Positions 1 through 11,296 of a stretch of DNA of 64,000 bases are shown piece by piece. The notes beneath the pieces are model-generated. The model saw only the letters and a program-made list of their open reading frames with translations, was not told where the DNA came from and searched no databases. The DNA is from Dipteris shenzhenensis (taxonomy: Eukaryota). A program made the translations under genes and the position numbers. The stretch lies in the NCBI GenBank assembly GCA_047967505.1, contig CM106538.1; one strand, 5' to 3'. Position 1 is the first letter of the stretch; the number at the start of each line of letters is the position of its first letter.

Positions 1-162
1 AACATGGATAAAACCAAGGTTATGATCTTCAACACCTCCAGAGCAGTTGCCCACAGAGAGCAGTTTACTTTTGACGGGGCACCATTTGAGATCATTTCAT
101 CATATACATATTTGGGGGTTCTGTTTTCAAGACCTATCTTCACGATGCGACCAGCGATGCAG

Positions 163-691
163 TGACACGACCCTAGCACTCTTCAAACTTTTGATCTGCA
201 AGCAAATACAAGAACACACCAAACGTGAGGAAATTGAGCAGGTTGCTCACCGCCCAACCATGACATCTACGGGTTGATCTCGAATCAAGAGATGTCCCCT
301 CCGAGCCACGAGTTGAGCTACTGGCACGAACTCCCAACCAGATCCTAACCAACCTGGTGTCCCATACCACTAGGTGGCACTGTGAAGCCTAGGATTTGCT
401 GTCGGGCCTTGGGCTACACTATGATGCAGGCGCGCGTCTGCGACTCAATCTAGGATCAGACCTAGCACCTGGGAACGAGACTTGCTCCCATCGGCTCTGT
501 GAGAATTGAACCTCTGGGCCCCTTATATAGACTCGGGCCCCATGCGCCAAAAATAGCGAAGACCCCTAAGTGGTTTGTACCCTTGCCACTCAACCTAAGA
601 ATCAAGCGTGCCTAGCCCTAAGCCTCCCCAGGCTACCCGAGCTAGTCTTGTGTGCCGAGTACACGTCAGATACCAATCCGTGCACATGACA
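163..691 (-). repeat. 3' LTR of Gypsy element A
   Basis: Direct repeat of 4451-4989 (roughly 10% divergent by eye, with small indels), adjacent to PPT AGAGGAGGGGAAGTA. Confidence 0.93.
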
Positions 692-704
692 TACTTCCCC
701 TCCT

Positions 705-2131
705 CTAAGAACTCACTCCTGAGTTCGCTAAAAAACCCGGGAATGTCCTCTGGAGGTTTTGTAATGTCTCCCATGTTGCATCCTCCTCAACACGATCCTT
801 CCACTTGATCTTGTATTCCGTAATAGTTCTATTACGAATCTGTCTTTCACGAAATTCAAGAATACTCTTAGGTTCTTGTGGAATAAAAGTCAAATCTGTA
901 ACTTCTATTATTTCTTCTGGAGAAACAAGTTGATCATCCGCACCCAGTAACTCTTTCAGTCTATTGACATGAAACACTGGATGTACTTTAACATCAAGAG
1001 GCAATTCTAATTTATATGCAACTGTTCCAATTCTTTTAGTAACCTTGAACAGACCACAGTATCTAAGGGATAACTTCGGAACCAAACCGGTACTTAGGCT
1101 TTTGGATTCCTTGGGAATACGCAAATATACAATCGTTCCTTCAGAGAACTCTCTAGGTGAACGATGTCTATTAGCATAAAATCTGTCCCGATCTTGGGCA
1201 CTTAGAATAGACTCCTTGGCAAACTGCAACATTTCTTGCACGTCTTGCAAGAATGTCTTTGTAGCATCATTTTGGATTCCCTTTAACCCAACCATAACTG
1301 GTGACTTAGGTTGAAACCTGTATATAAGCATAAAAGGACTGTAACCAGTACTCGAATGCTTTGCACTGTTATAAGCAAATTCTATCATAGGGAGATAATC
1401 TTCTCATGAAGACTGTCTCTTAGAAACATATGCCCAAAGCATATCTTCAACCAATTGGTTGACCTTCTTTGTATTGCCATCAGATTGTGCATGATATGAG
1501 GAACTCATACTTAGAGTAGTTTCCAACTTCTCAAAAACAAGTTTCCAGAAGTTACTTGTAAACTTCGAGTCCCTATCGCTGACTATGTCAGACGACAAAC
1601 TATGCAGCGTAAACAAGTGGTCCACAAACTCGTGAGCCAGCTGAACAACTGAGATGGTTGTTCTAGTAGGTAAGAGTAAGAATCTAGCCATTTTTGTCAG
1701 ACGGTCCACTATGACCCAAATGGAGTCATGACCCTTGCGCGTTCTAGGCAATCCGGTAATAAAATCCATGGAAATACTTTTGCATTTATTACCCAGGATT
1801 TGCTATGGCTGTAATAAACCCGCGCTTCTAAGGCGTTCTGCCTTAGTAGCCTGACAATTCTGGCAACCTATCACATAGTTTTCAATAAATGCACGCATCT
1901 TAGGCCAATAAAAGGTATGCTTCACAAGAGGTAGAGTCCGATGTATACCTGGATGTCCAGCACTAGGAGCATCATGACACTCCCAGAGAATCTTGGATTG
2001 AAGATCCGAAACGTCTGGACACATATCTTTCCATTCTGGAACAGCAAGCCATTCCTAATCTCAATGATCTCTCGTCGCCTGTACTGTAGGTGGCACAATC
2101 CCTGAGTCCTAGTCAACCATGGAGCTCCCAT
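705..2131 (-). pseudogene. Gypsy A integrase (H2C2 zinc finger, rve core, SH3-like region) and C-terminal chromodomain, frameshifted
   Basis: CHDAPSAGHPGIHRT..CQNCQ; MDFITGLPRTRKGHDSIWVIVDRLTK; IVSDRDSKFTSNFW; AYKLELPLDVKVHPVFHV; YKIKWKDRVEEDATWE. Confidence 0.92.
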
Positions 2132-2833
2132 CCTGGACTTTCTGCCAATAAGAACTGAAATGACTATCAGTTGCAGAAAGCCCTCTCAAGGATTGAAATA
2201 GGTCTAAGGATATTTTCGTAAATGACATAGCATTTACAAACTTGGCTCGACTTAAGGCATCTGGCACACTATTCATCGAACCCTTTTGATAAGGTATTTT
2301 AAAATCAAAATCTTGCATTAACTCTACCCATCTAGTCTTCCTTCCCCTCAATTCAGACCCATCACACACATACTTACAAGAAACTTCGAATCATACAAGT
2401 AGTGTCTCCAAACCTTTAGAGCATACACAACTGCATAGAGTTCTTTTTCTAGTGTGGGCCAACAATGGTGTCGTCTAGCTTTTTACTCTCAAAAGTTACA
2501 GGTCTGCCCTCTTGGAATAAAGCTGCCCCAATTGCAAAATAACTTGCATCGACCTCTAAAACATAAGGCCGGGTAGGATCGGGTAATGCAAGAACGGGTG
2601 CTTCCAAGTTCCTTGATAGTTAACTTCAAGGTTTGAAAAGCCTTGTTCAATGCATCATTCCAAGAGATTGGCTGGGTAGACCTGCGTGCACGACCTTTCA
2701 ATATGTTGGTCAGGGGTGTCGTGATGTGTGAATAATCACGCATAGACTTCCGTAGAAAAACTGTGAATCCTAGGAAAGAATGAAGTTGTTTTACACTCTG
2801 AGGGATAGGCCATTCCAAGATCTTTCCATCCAA
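2109..2833 (-). pseudogene. Gypsy A RT connection/RNase H remnant
   Basis: EWPIPQSVKQLHSFLGF and RWVELMQDFDFKIPYQKGSMNSVPDALSR motifs. Confidence 0.88.
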
Positions 2834-2963
2834 TCCGAATGTCGTGGGTTTTAAACCACTCTATTCCAATTAATAAGTCCACATGTTCCAAGTGTATGAC
2901 ATAGCACGTAAGAGCAGCTATGTAGTCTTGAATCCGGACAGAAAGTGCTTTAATCTTGCGATC

Positions 2964-3983
2964 CTAAAACTGCTTCCTAGCTGGAAGCTGCACCTCGTAG
3001 GTGTGATTGCTATGTATTGTGGACAGCCCCACCCTCTGCACAAGTTTGTAATTAACAAAATTGTGAGAGCTGCCCGGGTCAATGAGAATGTGAACTCTTT
3101 GGTCCCTGACTTCTCCATAAACTCGGAAAAGATCATGGGAACCAAATAACGAATTATTAAAAGTGCAATTATAAGAAAGGGGGCAGGTATTTACATTTAT
3201 AGAAATACCTATCATCGAAACTTAATTAGCTCCCTTAGCTTTGGTACCTGGACCTGCATGGAGCTTCGGTCCCGGTGTTGGCATCTGGTTCTTGCGCTTA
3301 GGACAATCATTCCTAGTGTGGCCTCGCTCCTCGCATATGAAGCAACGTCCTTCTTTCTTTAGCTTCAATATGCGAAGGAAACGGGCATGACCATTCGTTG
3401 TCTGAGTCGAGTTCTTCTTGGAAGCGTTGTCTATAGACTTCGACTCCTCGGTACCAGTGGTAGATTGGAAGAACTTCCTCTTGTTCTTTCCACTTGTGTC
3501 GGCAATGGTGGTTCCCTTTGCGTTGGCCATGGTATCATCATAGATGTGCGCATAATTCATGGCCTCTTGCAAAGTGATACACTTGTTGTTCTTGATCTGC
3601 AGCTTGTACGAGTCAGACAAACCATCCACAAAGAAACCTAACAAGGTCACTGGATTTATCTTTGTAGCTCTGGTTTGCAAATCCTGAAACCTCTGAAGAT
3701 AAACCTCACAAGTCAAATTCAGCTTGGACATATCGAGGGTTTTGAGCTTGCCTACGATATTGTAATCTTCAGCTCAGATTCCTGGACCGAGGACTTCCGC
3801 TCTTGGTTGTCTGTACGGATTTCTGCAACAAGCCGTACAACGTTTCTGGCTCTGAGCGTGAAGACCTAGAGGGGCTGGAAGGTTGTGCAATTCACAGGCT
3901 AGGAGAGAAGGCAAAGTCGCCGAATTTATAACGGGAGAGCAGGCTTTTAGTGAAGCCCTGCTTTTCAAAAGCTCACCCTCCAA
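2964..3983 (-). pseudogene. Gypsy A gag (zinc knuckle) and aspartic protease remnants
   Basis: CFICEERGHTRNDC CCHC knuckle, FFVDGLS gag motif, ILIDPGSSHNFV protease motif. Confidence 0.88.
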
Positions 3984-4450
3984 AAACGTAGGGGTAGTGT
4001 ATTTTTAATCCTCTAGGCCTCCCCAAAAAGCATCTGGCCTAGATTGCGATCTAGCCCTATCCTAGTGCGCACCTTCCTACGCTCCTCTTCTACCTGCCAT
4101 CACGTCCTCTGAGCAGCCAGCCACACGCGAAATCCCCCTTGGCTCGTCGCCCCAGCTCTACGCTCTCTCACGACTCCCTTCTCACTCCTCTACCCAGACC
4201 CCACTACCTCCTCCTAACTACACCTCTCTCCCTCTCTCTCAGCCCGTCACATCTTGCAACGAAATCATCCTTCTTACTCTCTCTCTCCTTCCTTCTATCC
4301 CAATGCACTACCACTTCCCTTAAACGATGAACGAGCAGTCACTTGCCAGGCATGAACATGAATTTCGAAATTGAGGCATACATGGAGAAAAATTCGTCCA
4401 AAATTCTCGCAATAGAGATTCCTACCTCAGGAGTTGGCTCTAATACCAAC

Positions 4451-4989
4451 TGACACAGCCCCAGCACTCCTGAAACTTCTGATCTTCAAGCAAACACAAG
4501 AACACACCAAACGTGAGGAAATTGAGCAGGCTGCTCACCACCCAACCATGACATCTACGGGATGCGATCCCGAAAAAAGATGTCCCCTCCGAGCCATGAG
4601 CTAAGCTACTGGCACGAACTCCCAACCAGGTCCTAACCAGCCTGGTGTCCCATATCATGAGGTGGCGCTGTGAAGCCTAGAATCTACTGCTGGGCCGCCG
4701 CCTTGGGCTACGCTCGCTATGATGTAGGCATGCGTCCGCGACTTAATCCAGGGTCAGACCTAGCACTTGGAAACGAGGCTTGCTCCCATCGGCTCTCTGA
4801 GAACTGAATCTTTGGGCCCCTTACATAGACTCGGGCCCCATGTGCCAAAAATAGCGAAGACCCCTAAGTGGTTCGTATCCTTGCCACTCAACGCGAGCAT
4901 CAAGCCTGCCTAGCCCTAAGCCTTCCCAGGCTACCTGAGCTAGTCTCGTGTACCCAGTACACGTCAGATACCAATCCGTGCACATGACA
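4451..4989 (-). repeat. 5' LTR of Gypsy element A
   Basis: Repeat of 163-691, adjacent to a tRNA-iMet-type PBS at 4437-4448. Confidence 0.93.
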
Positions 4990-5044
4990 TGTAGGCACGT
5001 AGCCTGAGTAGAGGTTATGCCTCCTTGGCCCGACGAGGAGACAG

Positions 5045-5515
5045 TGAAACATCTAGGACTGATTTCTTCTAGCTTTACATTGAATCACGGGCACAAGCAC
5101 TTATTTTATCCTCCCAGCCAACCTCGGTGGTAGCAAGCTTCTCTGCTAAATCCCAAGGAATACATACTCGTGAACGCTTTTTTTTGCTTGCTTAATTCCA
5201 ACGAGCCCCAAAACTCCCTAGATGGATCTAGTATGCCACATGTCTTCAATTTAGGGTCCTTCCTTAATGCATTATTTACCCCTCTCTTGGGATATCTTTG
5301 AAACATTTGCCCCTAGGCACATTTCATGCATTTAGGTCCCTTAGCCTTAGATCCATCTAGTCTAATGCCATGTCACCCACACCAAGGACCTTGACCTTTA
5401 TTCCTTTTTGATCATTTACATGAAGCCCAAACAAATATAATACAAACATTGATCCTTTAAAGGAAAATGTCGTTTGACTCTTCCGAGATCATGTTACCTC
5501 GACTTGAGCGTAACA
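5045..5515 (-). repeat. 3' LTR of Gypsy element B
   Basis: Near-identical to 8771-9241, TG..CA termini. Confidence 0.95.
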
Positions 5516-6085
5516 TTCCTTTCCTCTTTAGCATCAGCGTCCTCGATGATAAACTCTGGGAACACTCTCCGTAGCTGGTATACGGATTCCCAGGTAGCTT
5601 CTGATAGAGGTAGACCATGCCATGCAACCAACACCGTGGGTATCTTCCGATTGCGCACTTGCATTGTTCCTCGGTTCAGGATTCTTGTTGCTTTGCGTCT
5701 TGCATTATCCTCTATCTCCTGAAACAGAACAACACCCCCAATTAGTGAGTCACCTGTATGCAAAAATTTCTTTAAACGAGAAACATGAAACACTGGGTGC
5801 ACCTTACAACCCTGTGGCAATTCTAATTTATAGGCTACCTCGCCTATTCCTTTAGAATCAACCATGGCTCACAATATCGAGGTGATAACTTAGCACACTC
5901 TCCTGCAGTCAAAGACTTAAGAGTGCGAAGGAACTCTGAGAAAAACCTTTTCTCCTTCCTTAAATTCTCTAGCGGATCGGTTTTCATCCGCATACGCCTT
6001 AGCTCTATCCATAGCTTGGCGGATGTTGGCTCTCGCAAGTGCTAGCATCTCCCGCATCTGAACCACAAAGTTCGTGGCATTAGGC
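5494..6085 (-). pseudogene. Gypsy B integrase C-terminus and chromodomain
   Basis: KLSPRYC, GEVAYKLELPQGCKVHPVFHVSRLKK, VLVAWHGLPLSEATWES. Confidence 0.9.
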
Positions 6086-6129
6086 AACCTATAGGGAGGT
6101 CTATTTACAGGTTCTATAGGGAGGTCTCT

Positions 6130-7594
6130 TCAGTAAAACTCTTCAGTCAAACTCAACCTATAGGGAGGTCTATTTACAGGTTCTGCCCCCGGGATTAGTT
6201 CAATCTTATGCAGAACATTTCGCTCTGCAGGTAACCCATAAGGTAACTCATCCCTAAAACAATCAAAGAACTCCTCTGTTATTTGATTAGCCAGCTTGGC
6301 CATCTCTCCATTTTGGGCAATATCAGTGCTAGCCGAAGAATCATCAATCGGCTCTACCGATGCTGTAGAAAGAAACAAAAACTCTTCTTGAGCTTTTTGG
6401 ATTTCCATCACGGAAACTAGCGGTCCTTGAGGTATATCCTTTTCACCTCGTAAGACATACATCACATCATTCATCTTGAATTGATAAATGTGCTTTTTCC
6501 AATCTATGGCTGGATTTCTCCTAGAATGCCAAGCCTTACCTAGGGTTATGTCTGAATGAGCAAGCTTAGTCATTTCAAAATCAACGTTCTCAACATAGTC
6601 CTGAACACGAAGCTCCAATTGGGTAACCCTTTGGTCCCATACTTCAGTTGAACTTCCATGTGCCATCCTGACTGTATATGCATAGTTAAATGGGCTAGTC
6701 TTTAGTTTCAGCTTCTTTACAAGTTTGGAGTTAATTACATTGTGCGTTGACGCTGAGTCAAACAACACAATGACCTCATGATTAGCTACTTGCCCTTTCA
6801 TCTTAATTAACTCCGTATCATTAAAGGTTGCCATACTGAGTCCCAACCTGCACAAACCCACTTGGTCTGGTCGCTTTTGCATCCTCATAGTTCAGGGCTA
6901 TGGCAATTGCTTCATCTAGCGTGTTCGCATACTTAGCCCGAACTTCCATCTTTATCCGATTATTCAATCCAAAGATAAAATCTTTTACTTAGATTGACTG
7001 AGGTAGGGGTTCATCAACCTTCATTACACTTTCTCTAAACTTATCAGTGTATTCTGCCACTGATAAATTTCTCTGACGAAGGTTTTGATACTAATCCCAA
7101 GCTCGAGATGCTTCGTCAGGAGGTAGGAAGTGTTTTCTAAATTCCTTTTTAAACCCCTCCCAGGTAGTGGATGCTACTCCATCTTTCTGTTGTTTTATCC
7201 ACACCTATCCGTTGCCTCATTAAACATATGGGTGGCCTCGCGGATTTTCTTCATATCATTCCTGATTTCACAAATGGCGAATGCGTCGTCCCATTTGTGT
7301 AACCAGGTGTCAATGATATCGGAACTACGGTCAGACATACGACCAGAATGGTCTATAATTGGCAATATTAGGCACCTTAGCTCTCCTAGGCTCGACCGTA
7401 CGAACACTGGACTCCGGTTCCATCGGAGATTTACCTTTCTCCTCACGAGATGGTTTGGCAGACATACTATGCACCATTTTCCCGAGCTGAGATTGCCCTA
7501 CATTTGTTTGTAACTGCTGCGCTAAAATCTGTTGCAAGGCATCCTCTAACATTGCAATTCTGCCAGACAGTGTATGACCTGCTGGGCGCGACAC
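6130..7594 (-). pseudogene. Gypsy B gag, protease and extreme RT N-terminus
   Basis: Gag-like IDTWLHKWDDAF, protease VLFDSASTHNVI and DITLGKAW, RT start VLHKIELIPGAEPVNRPPYRLSLTEE. Confidence 0.88.
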
Positions 7595-8770
7595 CTGCGG
7601 GGTCGACCGGACTCCCGACTATACAGGATGCATCCTGGAAGCTGCTTCTTCTACTTCCATTTAGGTCAATGGGGTTGTGTGTGTTTAAAAAAAATAAAAA
7701 TAAAAATAAAAATAAAATACCGCTTGAAACTGTAATTACAAATCGAAAGTCCAACTTCCAACTTTACAGTTGACAAAGCATATATCACACTGCAACCAAA
7801 ATCACTTTTCCCTATACTAGGGAAAACTCCTGCAATCCAAATTGACTCAAACACGGAGACAAATAAACAAGCAAATACTCCCGCAAAGCTTAGAAGGCAT
7901 ATAAAGCTCCCTGGTTATAATTCTTGCTGCATGAAGAGATCAACTAGTCCCTATAGTCCACTTCAAATCATTAACCTGCAACTGTCCTCATCTTCTGCAT
8001 AGAGTTTTGCTTCAGCATATAGAGCCCGGAGCTTGATCCAAAGCTTTTCTGCATACTTCTCAGCTGTTTCTGGAGCAGTCTGCAACACCTTTAAGTGAAT
8101 TTTATTGATCTTTGATATGACAGCATCCTGAGTTCTCCACAAGCGTTCCAATTCCTTGAAATGCAACCAAGCTGGCGGTATATCTAACATAGCAATCCTT
8201 TCGATCTTTCAGTGTGGTCTTTGTCTGGTTAGCTGTTCACCGCAATGTGCGTAACTCTGCTGGCTACCTCACCTTGAACTTGTCAACCGCTTACGTGAAC
8301 TCAACCATGTATACTGGCACACAATCGAATCATCCAAGAAATTCCCGAAGCAAACATCTTGTGCCAGACGAGAACTGACGACCAGCAAACGATGTGCAGC
8401 CTTTGTGACACTTGACCAACGCAATGTCAGACATCCACTCCTCATCCACACCTGCACACACATGCAGCCCGTCGCTGCCTGAAGCGCCGTTTGCATGGCC
8501 TAGACTTCCGCTCGTCGATCATTGTTTCAACTAAAGTCTAGCCTTCCCGTCCGTCGACTGCTTTAGCTGCTCGAATGGCACGACCTGCATGTTATCTTTG
8601 GTGCTTCCCGAATTACAGACTCCAGACAATTCCGCTCGCTACCCCTGATCGCTCCGTGCACTTCTTCTTGATTATCCAACGCAACTCCAACGTTGACGAA
8701 TTACTCGATGGCCTCAATCAGGAGACACGAACGATCTACTCTCCACAGATCGTACAGCTCTGATACCAAA

Positions 8771-9241
8771 TGAAACATCCAGGACTGATTTCTTCTAGCT
8801 TTACATTGAATCACGAGCACAAGCACTTATTTTATCCTCCCAGCCAACCTCGGTGGTAGCAAGCTTCTCTGCTAAATCCCAAGGAATACATACTCGTGAA
8901 CGCTTTTTTTTGCTTGCTTGATTCCAACGAGCCCCGAAACTCCCTAGATGGATCTAGTATGCCACATGTCTTCAATTTAGGGTCCTTCCTTAATGCATTA
9001 TTTACCTCTCTCTTGGGATATCTTTGAAACATTTGCCCCTAAGCACATTTCATGCATTTAGGTCCCTTAGTCTTATATCCACCTAGTCTAGTGCCATGTC
9101 ACCCACACCAAGGACCTTGACCTTTATTCCTTTTTGATCATTTACATAAAGCCCAAGCAAATATAATACAAACATTGATCCTTTAAAGGAAAATGTCGTT
9201 TGACTCTTCTGAGATCATGTTACCTCGACTTGAGTGTAATA
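8771..9241 (-). repeat. 5' LTR of Gypsy element B
   Basis: Repeat of 5045-5515, adjacent to PBS. Confidence 0.95.
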
Positions 9242-9508
9242 GACAGTGCTTCCACTCGCACTTTCAAGACCTGCGGACCAAGGTTCTTCTTTTCGACTCC
9301 TTGGTCCGATCTGCGGGCATGTATGGTAGCACTTGTTGGGGATCAGACCTTTCCGACATAGAGTGGACTTGAGTGGAGAGATTACAAGTTCTTCTACTCT
9401 CACAGATGATATACAGCAAGTCATCTGTCCCTCATCAGATCAATCAGGATGAGTTCAGGGCATCTCCACTGTAGCTAGATGCGGCATTCGAGATTCTCAC
9501 TTACCTCT

Positions 9509-10264
9509 TCAGACATACAAGAGGTTGAGACAGAGGAGCACTTCATCTTCATGTGTCTTGTTTACTATGAGATCCGAGGGCATTTCTATTGCCTCTTCAG
9601 AGATAGCTCTGGGATTTTTTCTCGATTACTCTCCTTTCCAGACCAGAGATTCTTGGCGGCTTTCATTCATGAGGCAGTTAGGCACCGCGAGAGGCTACTT
9701 CGATCACGGAGATAGGAGAACACTTCTTCCTTGGCAGATCCCTCTCAGAGCTCCATCACGGAGTTCTTCCTACCAGATTACATGGACCCCCATGAGACGA
9801 GACCTCGATATGATCGTGACCCAGAGCCAATGACTCGACAGCTTAGACAGAGGGTTGATGCGCAAAGTACAGTTGGGGATGTCCTCTCCCTGTTCAGAGT
9901 CGGAGCCTGGCCGATAGGGGTTACTGTGGCCCTTGTTAGGCGCATAGTTATGACTAGGAGACATCACACGGCTACACCCGTGAATGGCTGACAACACTCT
10001 ATCGCCGCTTTAATGCCTCCATTGCCTCATCCACCGTGATGTCCTGATGATGATGATGAGATTGATATGTAGTCGACCACTGACGTGACTACGTTGTACT
10101 TAGTACTTAGTACTACCATTTTGCATTTTTTGCATTTTGCATTGGTGTGAATGCTCGGTTAGTAGCTCCACCCTCACAGCGCGTTTGTACCAAGGTTTTC
10201 ACAGTCTCATAGACCCATCGGTCTTCTGAAGACTTTAATAAACTTTATTTCCTTCTTTCTTTCT
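9509..10264 (+). mobile_element. 5'-truncated RTE-X-like LINE 3' end nested in the host LINE
   Basis: Starts in the C-terminal zinc-finger region (EVETEEHFIFMCLVYYEIRG) and ends in AATAAA plus a (TTTC)n tail. The host frame LTYL|YRMRAYG resumes at 10265. Confidence 0.8.
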
Positions 10265-11296
10265 ACCGCATGCGTGCGTATGGCTCATGTACCACAGGGT
10301 GACACTTGCTACCTTGGTTGGCACTAGCATCTTTATGGCACTAGAAGCTCAGGGTGGTCAGAGATGTTGGTACGTGCATATGCGGATGGTTTGAGAGATT
10401 GGGTTTTCATACAGATAGGCTGCCACCCTTCCAATACAACATTGACGCTCCGTTTGTCCCATTTTGGGGCAATGAATTCAACCCAATCATCCGGGAGGAT
10501 CTTCTACAAGTACACACATTCAGGGCTTGGCTTGCACAGGCAGAGCTCTTGGTGAAGCTCAGTTTCTATGGTGACCACTGCTTGCACATCTTCGCAGAGG
10601 GTTTCATCATCCCACCAGGGTACACCCAGATCTACCTGCCACATTTACTCGGGATTTACGTGTGTTATCGCACCGACTCCATATCGAGAGCGGGTGAGTA
10701 GAGGGGATTCCTAGGGAAAGTTGTATCTGCACATTGTGTGAGTGCCATGAGGTGGAGTGAGAGGTGCACTTTCTCTTCCGTATCCCAGTCTACTATGAGA
10801 TTTGTGGACGATACCATTGGCTTTTCAGAGACGGATTCAAGGGCCTCTTCAGACTCCTATATCTAGATCAGAGATGCTTGGCAGCTTTTATTCACAAGAT
10901 AGTCTGACATAGAGATTGTCTCATTAGATCGAGGAGACATGAGCAAGGGATCGTGCCTTGCCCATCTCATAGTATGATCACATATTTCTTCCAGGCAGAG
11001 CAGGTTGCTATCCCAGCCATTGTTAGTAGGAGAGGGAGAGACCTTGAGACCGAGACACGGCACACCTGATAGAGGACAGACACACAGATCACACTCATTG
11101 ACATCTCCTCCATTTTTGGACTTGGGCTGCAGCCAACCGGGGTTATAGTGGCGCTTGTTAGACGTCGGGTAGTAGCCAGGAGGGCACGACAAGTTACTCA
11201 TCCAGATAGTAGACATCGATCCATTACGGGCTTCTTGCCTACATAGCCTAGTCCGCCGTTGGGTAAAGCTTGATATTCTATATGCCTATTGTATTG

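Larger units (their letters stand above)
163..4989 (-). mobile_element. Ty3/Gypsy chromovirus LTR retrotransposon A, decayed, RT core deleted
   Basis: TG..CA LTRs at 163-691 and 4451-4989. TSD tgcag (158-162)/tgtag (4990-4994). PBS TGGTATTAGAGC at 4437-4448 and PPT at 692-706 (minus). Gag-PR-RNaseH-IN-chromodomain remnants occur in Gypsy order. Confidence 0.93.
5045..9241 (-). mobile_element. Ty3/Gypsy chromovirus LTR retrotransposon B, non-autonomous (RT, RNase H and IN core deleted)
   Basis: 471-bp LTRs at 5045-5515 and 8771-9241 (about 15 substitutions by eye). Perfect TSD gacag at 5040-5044 and 9242-9246. PBS TGGTATCAGAGC at 8757-8768 and PPT at 5516-5529. Confidence 0.95.
1..11290 (+). 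mobile_element. Host non-LTR retrotransposon (RTE/RTE-X-like LINE ORF2, decayed), split into 1-162, 4995-5044, 9247-9508 and 10265-~11290 by three nested insertions
   Basis: The pieces align in order to the more intact copy at 11297-13453. Positions 1-162 read NMDKTKVMIFNTSRAVAHREQFTFDGAPFEIISSYTYLGV, matching NLGKTKVMIFNTSRTVMRQEQFAFDGSAVEVVSSYTYLGV. Removing the inserts and TSDs restores colinearity. Confidence 0.85.
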
